Below, piece by piece: positions 47,397 through 59,410 of a stretch of DNA of 59,695 nt. The notes beneath the pieces were generated by a model, which searched no databases, was not told the origin of the DNA, and worked only from the letters and a program-made list of their open reading frames with translations. The stretch's first letter is position 1, and each line of letters opens with the position of its first letter. The stretch is taken from NCBI GenBank assembly GCA_034780895.1, contig JAUZTB010000085.1, positions 3,248,600 to 3,308,294 of the forward strand. Reading direction: 5' to 3'. Made by a program: the position numbers and the translations under genes. This DNA is from Rhynchobatus australiae. Lineage: Eukaryota.

Positions 47397-48297
47397 TAAA
47401 CGTGATGGCGATTGTGATCCTGTCCCGAGGAAGGTGCGGTCTCTCCACGTGCATCACCCGCTACATGGTGGCAATGGCAGCTGCCGATCTCCTCGTCCTC
47501 GTCACAGAGATGGTGTGTTGGCGCCTGGCAGACATCTTCTTCCCAAGTTCTTTCCTCTTCATGACCCCTGTTTGTGCTCTGAATATCGTCTTGGTTTTTG
47601 CAACTACGCTCGTGTCTGTATGGCTCACCGTCGCTTTCACATGTGATCGATTCGTGGCCATCTGTTTTCAAAAGCTGAAAACAAAATATTGCACACAGAG
47701 AACGGCGGCCGTGGTGATCACAGTCGTGATCGTTCTGAGCGCCCTCAAATGTGCCCCCTGGTACTTCACTTATGAACCGCAGCAGACCATTGGATCAGTG
47801 CCTTGGGGCTACGCGCGTAAACAAAGCTTTATATGTCCATGAACTGGGCAGCATTTGAGTTAAGTTTCTACATAGTTACACCGTGTGCCCCTTTCATTTT
47901 TATCTTGCTGTTCAATGTTCTCACCGCCAGGCACATTTTAGTGGCCAGCAGAGTTCGAAAAAGGCTCCGGAACCGAGGCAGTGGGGAAAATCTCGAAGAT
48001 CCAGAAACGGAGAACAGAAGGAAGTCTGTCGTTTTACTCTTCAGTATTTCTGGTAGCTTCGTTCTGCTGTGGATGACAGAAATTGTATTTTACACATATC
48101 AACGAATCACAAACACCTACGGTTACTCGACCAACGACCGCCTAGATATCGCAGAGAGGACCGGGGTGATGCTGCAGCTTCTCAGTTCCTGCACGAACAC
48201 GTGCATTTATGTCGTCACCCAGGCTAAATTCAGGGAGGAGCTGAAGAGAGCGGTGAAACAACCGGTCAGGTTATTTTCTAAATTAATACATCGTTAA
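47397..48297 (+). pseudogene. GPR139-like: GPR139-like paralog 3, exon 2; frameshifted, probable pseudogene
   Basis: Acceptor TTTTCTCTTGCAG|TAAAC. Split over ORFs 47306-47842 and 47833-48297; one T is missing at 47828-47831 (AGC TTT [T]AT ATG). ECL2 reads PWGY where the paralogs have PWGC/PWEC. Confidence 0.85.
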
Positions 48298-48929
48298 AAC
48301 TGCTGAACTATTTCAATATCCTGAGAGTTTCTCCCTTAGAGCGGAACGTTATTGCAATCCATTCTTTATCAACGGTTCCTTCAATGTAAACTCATACCGT
48401 ATTGCCGCACAGAAACAAACCCATCAGGTCCAAGCCAACCATCAAACACCTATCTATGTGAATGCTATTTACCAGACTCGATCCACAGCCTCCATGCTTT
48501 GGCGAATCAAGCACTCGTCTGGATACGTCTTCATTGTTCTGAGGATCTTTTCCTTTACTACCGACACGTGCAGTCTATTAGAGATTCCAAACACCCTCTG
48601 GACGAAAGCAAATATTTCTCTTACCTCTCACCTCTGAGCAAACCTCTTAACACTCAGCAAACTTTTACCCGTTTGCCTAAAACCCAATGAATTGGCTTTT
48701 AAAATACCCCTGCCGTTGAAAAGGTTTCCTACTACTGATTCTATCTGTTTCACTCTTAATTTCCTAGACTCTTAATTAGGTGCCCAGTTCCGACGAAAAC
48801 TATTCTCGCCTCTCCAGTCTCACATCATGTTGCAAGCGCTCCGTCTCATGCAATATTGTGGTGAATAACATCTGCAGAACAATGTCCTCCTCTGTCCAGT
48901 GTAGCGATCAGAACTGTCAACAGAACACC

Positions 48930-49575
48930 AATGCCTCTACTTCCTCAGGAGGCCAAAGAAATTTGTACTTTCCCCTTTGACTCTCACCAACTTTTACCGA
49001 TGCACCATAGAAAACATCCTATATGGATGTATCACGGCTTGGTACGGGACCTGCTCTGCCCAGGACCGCATGAAGCTGCAGACAGTTGTGGGCACCAGCC
49101 CCGCGCATCACGGACAACACCTACCCTCCTTGGACTCTGTCTTTACATCTCGTTTTCTTGGTTTAGCAGACAACATAATCAAGACCCACCCACATGGGAC
49201 ATTCTTTCTTCTCTCCTCTTCCATCGGGTAGAATATACAGGAGCCTGGGGGCGCATACCACCATAGTTAAGGATAGATTCTGCCCCACCGTGATAAGACT
49301 ATTTGAACGGTTCCCTTATACAATGAGATGGACTCTGACCTCACTATCTACCTTGTTGTGACCTTGCACCTGATTGCACTCCACTTTCTCTGTAGCTGTG
49401 ACACTTTACTCTGTACTACTATTGTTTTACCTGTACTACATCAATGCACTCTGTCCTAACTCAATGTAACTGCACTGTGAAATGAATTCGTCTGTCCGAT
49501 CTGTTTGTGAGAGAAGTTTCTTCACTGTACCTGGGTACAAGTGACAATAATAAACTAATACCAATATCAATACCA
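48930..49575 (+). mobile_element. Rex1/Babar-type LINE 3' fragment
   Basis: ORF 48977: TLTNFYRCTIENILYGCITAWYGTCSAQDRMKLQ; ends in AATAAACTAATACCAATATCAATACCA. Confidence 0.82.
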
Positions 49576-51157
49576 AACCCGTGGCCCAACCATTATTTTA
49601 TAGGGTGTAACATAATTTCCCTGCCTTTTCTTCCGAATGCCTTCTTCAGCAAATTATTACCGGTGCTGCCACCATGGGAGATCCTTGGATCTGTCCACGT
49701 CTCAAAATTCTGTTGTTGTGAGTACACGCCAGGAAGTATGTGCGCACATGCCAAGCATTACTCAGAGAAAGCCAATTATGTGATTATTATGCCTAGATCA
49801 GAATTCACGTGATACACATGGTTCTCTTTCAAGGTTATGCAACCCAACATGGTCTTGAACAACATGCAAATATTTCATTACTTCGAGACCAATCAGAAAT
49901 AAGAGGCTAGTATTCCATCTTATCAAAACTTGTCTTTTATTCAACAAATTATACGACCTCGTAACTCTAGTCGGCTGTTTCTTCTTCTTCGTTCTCGTTG
50001 AGAAATGGATTTGGTTTGTTAAATCGCAATTGAATATTTACACATTTCTTAACTGTGTTCAGCAGCTGTGTATGCTACTGGAATGACTTAAAATATAACC
50101 ATACCCTGAAGACTGGCGAAAATAAAAACAAACTGAAGCACACGCCATTCACAATGACGAATATTCCCTAGTTTTTTGAGTCACGTTGCTTTCAAACATC
50201 TTATTTAAATTCCAAAACATATTTCATGTAAGGCCATTCACCAATGGCCTTTTGAAAATCCACATACGCTAAATCAAATGCATTTGAACTCCACTCGCCA
50301 AATGCGTTGTAAGCAGTTTTTTTGTCAGATGCAATATGCAGCCATCAGTTACAACCTCATTCCCCATTTTCAGAAACAGAGGAGAATAGAAGAAGAGAAA
50401 GGTTATCGGGTCTCTCAAGCCTGCCCTGACATTCAATGTGATCATGGATGCACGATGCTTGCCTGAACTCCTCTTGTATGCCAGCTGACCGCTACCTTCA
50501 ATTCTTACCATGCCATGGCATTGGATAACTGATTCGTCAACTCCTCACCACCAGCTTTAGATCGCCTCACAGCTCCAGCGAACCGAGTCAGTAGGCTTAT
50601 TGCGGGCTGTTAATTGCACGTTAAGTGACCGCGTAGGTTTCCTCCAGATGCTCCAGTTCCACGCTCGCCCTCACAACCCGAATTCACACAGGTCGGCATG
50701 GTAGTTAGTGGCTGTTAATTCCTCATTCTCCGTGTTTGCTCCATGTGCTCCGATATCGGAACACACTCCAAAAGTGAACGACTGGTAGGTTAATACTCCA
50801 CTGAATATTACCGCCAGTGTGTACAGGAGGAGTGGAATATTGAGGAAGGAGGTTAACAGTTGATAGGAATGGGGGAATAAAAGGATTATGGCAGCGGTAT
50901 TAAAAAAAACGATGTTTGATGGTTGACACGTACTTTTCATTGAGTCGTCCGTGCAGAAGGGGATAGTGAAATGGATCTGCAACAATGAAGTAGAGAACAG
51001 GAATGTGATCATGTAGGAGAAATATATCGTGTGCAGTTCTCGTCTGATTGGCCACCTACCTACAGGAAATACATTAATGAGCTTGAAAGACTTCAGCGAA
51101 AATTTTCAAGGACGTTGCCGGCACCTGAGGACCTTAGGTGCAGGGTAAGGGTGAACA

Positions 51158-54100
51158 GGTGCAGTTCGATATGCAGTGCCTCGCACAACTCCTTATTTAT
51201 GTTCCAAATGAAGTGGGGATCATTGTCTGAATTTATCTGTCGGGATAACCCAAACCTTGGTCTAACCTCTGTAAGCAATAATTTCACCACCGTTGAGGCC
51301 TTATTGTTGGTGATTGGAAGAGCTTCAATCCAGCTGATAAATACATCAACAATAACGAGACAGTACTTATAACATAGTACACGCGGTAATTCAATAAACT
51401 TGAGTTGTACACATTTAGAAGGACCACCTGGCAAGGGGGTTTTGCCTGGAGTGCACCTCACCACTTTCCCAGCATTGGTTTGTTGGCATATTAAACACGA
51501 TCGGATTTTGCCTTTTGCTACTTCCTCCAATCTAGGGTGCCACCAGGTGCGTAGTAAAATGGTACACATTCCCTCCTTGCCAAGGTATGTGTTAAAAAGT
51601 AGGCAGTCAATAAGCATTGGTAACAAAGAATCATGTAACATACTTGACGGACTGAAGTAATCCAGAGACCGTGTGACGCAGAGTGCGTACACCCGTGCGC
51701 CTTCCACCTTTGTTTTTTTTTGAGTCGGGATATGCCCCTGTAAGTGCTGCAGAGTGACGATGTCTGGGGTTCCCTGAGTTGTTATTGTTGACTGATACGC
51801 AACCGCTTGTTTTTTTTTTCTGCAGTTGAAACGATTTTAGTCCACTGGTGTGCGACGAATTTAGACTCTGCGTCTGCCCTGTTATTGCCCTGTGTTACTA
51901 GCGAGGCGTCTGAAAGGTGAGCCGAGCATTTAATGATGGCCAATTTGTTGGGGAGGAGGGTGGCCTGGAGGAGGTTCTTCGCATAAGCCGTATTCTGTAT
52001 GGGACTACCTATGGAGTTCAAATATCCCCGGTCCGCCCAGAGTTGGCCAAAATCATGGGCAATTCCAAAACCATAGCGCGTATCACTGAAGATATTAGCT
52101 AATTTGCCTTGGCTAAAATACAAGCTCTGGTCAGGGCAAATAGCTCTGCTTTTTGGGCAGAGACTGGGGGCTGAAAAAATGCAGACTCGACAACATGGGG
52201 AGTCGTTTAATATGGCATAGCCGCAAAGGCGGGTTCCCTGTTCGGAAACGGAGGAACTAACGTCGACATACAGGTTTAATTCTGCCGACTGGAAAGCCTT
52301 ATCCGAAAGGTCCGGACGGGGTGCAGTCAAAAAGTGGTTTCGCATTAAACAATCATGTGTTGGATCTGCAAGATCCTCAGGTGGGGCCTCTAGAAAGGTG
52401 GCAGTGTTAATGCTGCTGCAGTAGGGAAAAGTGAGGAGTGAGTTTATTTAGAAGCTCTACCTCATATCTCTTTAAGCGGGCCTGGGTAAGGTGCTGCGTC
52501 TGATGAGTGTCGTTCAGCTCTGGGAGGAATACATAACTACTGACTGTTGCAGGCTTATATTTGAGGCTGCTGTTACAAGGGAATAGATGGCTGGAAACAT
52601 CTGTGAACATGGTGGGAAGCCTCAAGCAACTGGGTCCAGCCGATTCGAGTAATCTGCCACCGGTCTTTTTCTATTCTCATTGAGTTTGAGTAAGGACAGT
52701 TGTGCCGCCGTCCTCCAGAACATTCACAAAAAGCTGAAATGGGCGGCGGGGAGCTTCCCAGGGATGCGGTGCTGGCAAGGGCCTGTTTGAGCTTATCAAA
52801 GACCTCCTTTTGTTTCTCCGGAAGTTCAAAAGGTCCCACTGAATGGCTTGAAGCCAGGGGTGTGACGTGCTTAGTAAGGAGGGTCACATTAGGTAACCAG
52901 TGCCTGCAGAAATTGACTAAATATAAAAAAGTGCACATACATCGGCGTTGCGGGCGGTGGGACAGCAATGATGGGTGCAATACGTTCACGACTAAGCTGC
53001 AGCTCAGTAGAACTTTAGAGGGTGCCCAGAAATTTCACCCGACGCTGAGTTCGTTTCACTTTCTGTAGAGGTATTACGTATTCTCAAGAGTGGAGTGCGT
53101 TAAGTAGTCTATTGGTGTCGGTGATCTTGGCGGGCTCCGAGGTGCTTGCCAATAAAAGATCATCGACATACTGGACAACGCTGGATTTGTCAGAAAGTTG
53201 CAACCCTTGTAGTTGTTTATGCAAAACTTGCGAGAAAATAGTCGGGGAGTGTATAAAACCTTGCGGGATGCGCGTATAGGTATATTGCTGTCCTTGGAAG
53301 GAGAAAGCAAACATACTGCGAGTCTCTCGGTAGGGGAATTGCAAAGAAATGCATGCTGGAGGTCCACAATAGTAAAAATGAGTCGGCAGCGACGCTGCTG
53401 AGAATAGCAGCTGGGTTCGGGACCACGGAATGTACTGACTCCACTATCTCATTGACCTTACGCAGGTGTTGTGCAAGGCGCCATTCCGTCCGTCCTGGTT
53501 TGGGGATGGGTAAAATGGGGTTGTTGCAGGATGATTGACAAGGGATCAGCATGCTCTGTTTGGAGAATGAATCTATTAAATGGGTTATTCCGTTAACTTT
53601 CTCTCTCCGAAGTGGGTACTGTGGGACGGAAGGCAGTTGTGCTCCCGGTCTTACACGGATTTGGACTTCGATCACTGGGGTGAGTCCCACCTCAGCTTTC
53701 GACATGGCCCATAAATCGGGGTTGGCTCATCCGAAGGGAGTCGGTGCGGCTGATGGTGGCGTAAACAGCCTGTCACCGAGAAAGAGCTGAGGTAGTACGT
53801 CAGGGTCCGTTCTGGCAGAATCCCGTAAAGGCCTGTGTTTGCCTGTACCTCAAGCCGGTGGGCTAGGAATCCCAGATCCTTCGGTTTATGACCCTCTTTA
53901 ACGGACAGAGTGATGCGAGGGGACATCAAGCCCGACTGATTCCACAATTCATTAGGCACGGAGTAAAAGTGCTGTCCCCTCCTTACCTGCTACTTCGCCT
54001 GGAATAGTGACATTCACCATGCTACCCAGGAAGGGAGCAGACAACACTTCTCGCTCTCTTGAGACCCCTATGTGGGTCAGGAGATTTTAAGGGTGGGTTA

Positions 54101-54548
54101 AAATTTCTGTTTGTGAAGTCCAGCGTCCACCACTGAGAAGGCTGGTGAATCTAGAGGATCCTATGGCGTTCAGTGCCATAATAATAGTAATACCTTCATC
54201 CAGGCATTGTATCTTGAGTCGGAGGGGGCAGAGCAGGTCCTTCCCGGCCGTTAACCCCAAGGTGTGAAGTTACTGCGAATTGGATCAGACATCCCCGATC
54301 TCCAAATTTCACTTGTAAAGGTTTAGTTAAAGGTGGGATATTTCCTGTCCCTCCAGCCGGCTCAATGGAACTGAGGCAGAGGACAGTTTAATATCATACT
54401 GGGCGATACAAGGGGCCTCGAGGGTCGAGGTATTTGTCCCCGTGTCTATCATGAAGGGGATCGGCCTTCCCTCAGCAAAGAAATTGAAGATGGGTTCATC
54501 GCCCGAGTTATCGGTGACGACAGGGTGCATGGAATGGCTGCTCCCCAC
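51158..54548 (-). pseudogene. pol: ERV pro-pol (protease, RT, RNase H, partial integrase), fragmented
   Basis: ORFs 54327-54548, 53217-53705, 53084-53344, 52573-52989, 51782-52345 and 51093-51707 lie in canonical domain order. Confidence 0.92.
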
Positions 54549-54554
54549 AGCTAG

Positions 54555-56455
54555 TCAGGCAGGAAACGAGTTGCCAGTTGAAAAAGATTGTCAAATACCG
54601 GAGGGTCTAGCCTGTTGATGGCGATAGTGGGGCAGTCCCGCCACTAATTGTAAGGTGCCCAACAAATGTAACATCCTGTTGACATGACGCTCGCCGGTGT
54701 GGGTTGCTGGGGTCCCCTGGGCTCTGGGTAATTACGAGAGGATGGTGGTGGCTCACAAGGGAGTCCGTACGCTGGGGCTCTTGCGTCGTTGGGTTAGAGT
54801 GGATATCCTTTAACAATCCGGTCAACCCCTCCTGGAACACAAAACGGCCGTTCCATTTCATATCCCATTTTATCGGAGTAGGGAGGTCGGGGCCGAGAGG
54901 GTCTCTTGACCATTTCCTGTTTAACCTTTGTGGCTTTCGAATCGCGACCGTTGCTCCAGAAGTGGACTAGGAACCTCCTCATGGCTAATCGTGTATGGTC
55001 AGGACAATTCATGTTATTAGTACGAATGGCAAACACCACTCCCTCAGGACAAGATTGTAATAGGAGGGCGTTAAACTGGAGGGAGGCACTGCTTCTGTTG
55101 GAGGAATCGTCCCCCACAGAGGTACCAAAAATCTGGGCCGTCCTCACCTTGTTTCAGTCGGCATTCTAAAACCGTAGTTATGTCAAAGGCTGTTGGAGGG
55201 TTTTGCGAAGGGCAGTTCTAATGCTGGTTACCTGGTCCTGAGACCAGACGGCCTCCTGAAAGGCTGTCCAGTCCCATTGTTTTCCAGGAGTTCTTCGCAT
55301 CATTAGTTGTAAGGGTCATGCAACAATGACTGAAAAGGGCTTGAGAGTGGTGGTGGCGTGGGGTGGCTTGGTACATCTGAACTATTTCGATCAAATAATC
55401 TATGAAATCCTTGGGGTTGTTTTTTTATGGTCGGGCGCCTGACTTATGTTTAGGCACATCTCCTGAGGCTTGCAAGGGGTGTAGATTTGGATCGTGGGTG
55501 AGCGCTCGCTTGAGTTGGATCGAGATTGGGCACACTCCTGTTGGAGAATTGTTTTTTTTTAACCTTGGCTCCCTTTACCTCATTCAACATTAGTGGTGGG
55601 CTGAATCTTTAGGGTCGTCATCATCAAGGGTAGAATCGAAGTCATTGTCCGTGTCTGTCTGAGAATCTACGAAAGGTCTGCCCCCTACCAAAAAGTTCTG
55701 TCGATTGTCTGTGGCCTTAGAGCCGTTCGTATGCGGGCTGTCTCTCCATCTAAAATGATTCCTAGTTCGGGACGCAATGGGGCCATGGCATTGTCCTTGG
55801 GACGGACTTGGCTAGCAGTCATTGGCGGTGAGAACGGAACGATTCGCGGACTAGTCGCATTACATGGGGGCTGCAGTGAAACGGGGGGCAGGTAGGGGCT
55901 GTCGGTCGGACCATCCAATCCTCCTGATTTTCTTCCGTATCATTACTTTGGAACGACAGGGACACGCCAGACCTGTCGGGAGGTACCTCCTCCTTATCCT
56001 TATTTCTTTTATTTTTATTCCTATGTTTTTCCTTATTCTCCTGATCTACCCCTTCCCTCTCCCTTCTGTTCATCTCAGCATCGTGGTCTCCGCACCGAGA
56101 CTTCAGGACTTCCCAGCTCTTAGGATTTCCCCTTTCATTACATACACTAATCTTCCTTTCTGCGCGCATTATGTTCCCAGCTACTCTGTTTAGATTTATT
56201 TGTTAGGTCTTCGGCCGTTTTTGCTCCAAGTAGACATAACATTTTCCATTCCCCCCTTATTGCGCACCCAAATGGCCCTTCCTGCCTTTAGGCACTTATC
56301 CACATTCCAAGTTACCCCCAATGGCCATATTTCATTTCCTTTTTTTTATTGCAAAATGCCAATAATTTACGGAAGTTACTCTCATTCTTTGGATCGTCCT
56401 TACACAACTTAGGTAGTGGGTTATTGGACCCAGACTTATCGAAAGTTTGTCCCAT
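54555..56455 (-). pseudogene. gag: ERV gag, fragmented
   Basis: ATG GGA CAA ACT (MGQT, myristoylation-type start), matrix WP..T motif, charged linker, PTAP, capsid-like ORF 54794-55147, degenerate CCHC at ~54630-54676. Confidence 0.8.
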
Positions 56456-56896
56456 TTTGTTTTCTTCCCGATTGTACGGTACAAATCGCTGCGATTAATA
56501 TGAGTGATTTCCTTCCTTCACCTACTTCAGGTTCCTGACCTTCCAATGGGGGATTTCCCCTCTTCAGAACCGGTCCAAGCAGGGTGGTAGTACGGGGAAC
56601 CGATCTCAAAACTTAGAGCTCAAAACCTTGAAATTCACAAACTTAAAACCCGAAACTGGGGACTCGAACCCCGAACAGGAAATTAACTGAACTGGGGTCT
56701 AGAACCCCTCTTACCTGTGGCACTCAGGCAGCTTTCGCGAAGAGTCCGTCAGAGGATATTCGACAAGCGACAGGATCGATCAGGTGTCCGACTCGCTGAG
56801 AGGGATTAAGGTGAATCTTACCTTGTGGGCCCTTCCGTCTCAGGTCGTCGTTATCCCCTTCGATCGCTCACGCTGCTTCCGAAACCTGGTGTTTGA

Positions 56897-56914
56897 CTCC
56901 TGGCTGGCTCACCA
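56897..56914 (-). promoter_or_regulatory. Primer-binding site complementary to tRNA-Arg(ACG)
   Basis: Minus strand TGGTGAGCCAGCCAGGAG, 3 nt after the LTR ...GACA end; 17/18 match to the vertebrate tRNA-Arg(ACG) 3' end CTCCTGGCTGGCTCGCCA. Confidence 0.85.
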
Positions 56915-56917
56915 AAT

Positions 56918-57436
56918 TGTCGTCTCGAAACTAAGTTCTCACTTCTGTCTGCTGTAAAGTAACACAGTGCCACGAGAACAATTCAATAAAACGCTTTGAT
57001 TAGCAGTGCACTGCTCAGGAGAGGTCTCTTCAGGACTCGTTCAGAGTCGCTTCCCGAGTTCTCCCTGCACAAAGGAGCAGAAAGAAGTTTATACAGATAT
57101 TGTCACGCATACTTAATGCATGCGGCGCCGCGAGTTTCGGTCAAGCCACAGAGGTCACGAGGCAGACATCGCACCTATTCTACAGCATAATTGAGTTATA
57201 ATCAAGAAATTCAAAGGCAGGTATCACCCCTCTTGTTTAGGGGAAGCTTCCTCCTCGTCTTCTATTGCACTCAATACTCCTATTGTCCAGCACAACGGGA
57301 CTGACTGAGGTCCCGGACAAAGTAATTAACACCTGATCCGATGACTCAGCAGCTTGCGTGGTCTTTGCTTGAGAGGTATATATTTTTTTTCTGTCAGGTC
57401 TCAGTATGGTTACAGTTTTAACCCTTTACTTCCTCA
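56918..57436 (-). mobile_element. ERV 5' LTR (~519 bp)
   Basis: TGAGGAAG...GACGACA termini on the minus strand, TATAAA at 57093-57088, variant polyA signal AATCAAA at ~57001-56995; CR1 sequence starts right after 57436. Confidence 0.72.
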
Positions 57437-57677
57437 GTCGTGGATAGAAAATAGCCTGACTGGACGGAAGCAGTGACTGGGTATAAATGGGTCGTTGATT
57501 GATGGTAGGACTCAACGACTGGAACAGCACAAGGAACATCGCTGTGGCTCAACTCGTAATATCATTGACTTGGATGAAGTGGCTCGGTGTGATTGTTACG
57601 TCTGACTGGACAGAAAAGATCTATCGCAATTTAGTATGTGTTGTGCACATCAGAAATGGAAACAGAGAGGTGAATAC

Positions 57678-59410
57678 CTCCGCCATTTGAGGTATATTCC
57701 GTACTCCTTGTCCATTGTATTCTTCCACTTTGACCTTATCGAGGTACAGACAACTGTAGAGCCGATAGGTATCCTCGTGGCGGACAAGAGCCTGTGAGTT
57801 CAGCAACCAGCTGTTACTCAACGCTGGAATTTCGTCCTATAAGATATATGGGAGCAGTTTTTAACGATCACTAGGATCTTCGGAAGAAAAGTTTGAAACA
57901 ACGTCGGATTTTTTGGACTAATTAATAAAGTAAGTAAAGTAGGGAAAACAATAAAAAAAACTTTCAGAGAAGAGTTTTCATAACCTGGAAAATACCTATT
58001 TTTTAAAACAAGCAAAACAAAACTAAGTAAGATTGCGTTGATACGGACTTTTCAAGTCGGAGCCTCCTTCAACTAAATGGGGTCGCACTGATTTCACCGG
58101 TCGCTCCCGGATTAAGGGCGGTAAGCGGGGTACGAACTGTACACGACACCTCCGTTAAACCCACCAGTTCTCCAACTCAGTACTCAACCAAGTGAAGGAC
58201 AGTTTCGTTGGACCACCAGTTTCTTTCCAATCTCGCTGTTCGGAAATCAATGGTGATGATGTTGATTTCGGGACATACACTAAATAAATCAGGGATTTCC
58301 AACCGAGTTTACTATCACTACATTTGGAAATTAACGTACCAATATTTAATTGGCAGGAATAACACAGACGTGCTGAGCTCAGGAAACTGATGGATTCTGA
58401 CAGTGTTGTAATAATAATACCAGGTCAGCCTTTTCTCGTGTAACTGCAGAGCTCAGTGATTTATTTTGTTCAAATTAGCAATAGTGTCACTCCCTCTAAA
58501 TTATTCAAGTCAGAAATCAGAGCCAGAGACTAATTTTGTTTGTTCCAATACTTTTTTGAAGAGATGGCGATTACTGAAATTTTGTATGTTACCTTCTACA
58601 CATCATATGTATCTGAACATTGTCCAAACCTTGTTGGTTGCAGCGGACGCTGCATAATCACTTAACGAGCAGGGGATGAACACTGTTGTGACCATCAGTA
58701 AGCATTTGCACGTCGGTCCTTCGTTCAGAGCTATGATCGTTAATGTATAAGCGTTCGATCGATGCTCTGTGCAACTTAAGCAGCAGAAGCTGAGATAACT
58801 GACTGCGGACACGGAATTTAGCTAATAAATCCAGGACAGGAAGCTGAGATTCCTTGTGATTCTGATTAGGCTCAGGTTTTTCGATCAAGATGTTTCAAGC
58901 TGTGAAATATTTCCCCTGGTCTGAAGAGCATTCATTTGAATTCTACTCTTTTGTCCATGCTTGGACCATGGGAAAGGTATGAAACGGAGTGATCCTGGCA
59001 GAGTCCAACCTGTAACGCCAACCCTAACCCTGGTCGTAATACTAATGCAAAGCAATGCGACAAAATGGCAGTGAAGGTAACTTGTTCCGCCACCTCATCG
59101 ATATCTGAGAGGAAACTGATGAAACCACGTTTGGATTTGTTCGCATTTATCTGTGCATGAAACATGGATAAAATTTCCACCTTATGGGGAATGGAGCAAA
59201 TTCAATATTTGTTTCAAACTTGAATTCGGTCAATAGCTCACAATTATCCGGCGGTTTTCTAACCAGCGATAACTTGGATCCGCGAGTGTTTCTGATCAAT
59301 GGCACCCGAAGATCTTCGTGTGGAGGACGAGTGGCGGCAATATCATTAAACAGGTTTGGTTCACTGGTTCGTCCCTCCTTTATTGGATCGTCACTGTCTG
59401 ACACTTCCAT
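57678..59410 (-). pseudogene. Unidentified decayed multi-exon gene (exons ~59410-58593, 58279-58150, 57836-57678)
   Basis: Strong Kozak GCGCCATGG at 59410; AG/GT boundaries with mutually consistent phases (2, then 0); third exon fully open; in-frame TGA stops and frameshifts in the first two; no family recognised. Confidence 0.45.

Larger units (their letters stand above)
51158..57436 (-). mobile_element. Class I (epsilonretrovirus-like) endogenous retrovirus: 5' LTR, PBS, gag-pro-pol, truncated within integrase; no env or 3' LTR
   Basis: Gag MGQT start (56455), WPLGVTW, PTAP, CYIC..N....C knuckle; protease FMIDTG; RT QYPL, RIPQGFIHSP, QYVDDLLLA; RNase H LYVD, SDTRY, HDFGQLW, GNNRAD; integrase WWHP, CLIC, VIVDVF, SDNDPHF. 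Many stops and frameshifts. Confidence 0.93.

Noticed and set aside
49795-50030. ~75 open codons on the minus strand as a possible downstream exon of the 57678-59410 relic or an ERV env remnant
   Set aside because: No convincing splice sites, no env motifs (furin site, CX6CC, transmembrane segment) and no recognisable homology
56891-56914. tRNA-Arg gene
   Set aside because: Only the 3' ~20 nt including CCA match, directly beside an LTR end; this is a primer-binding site
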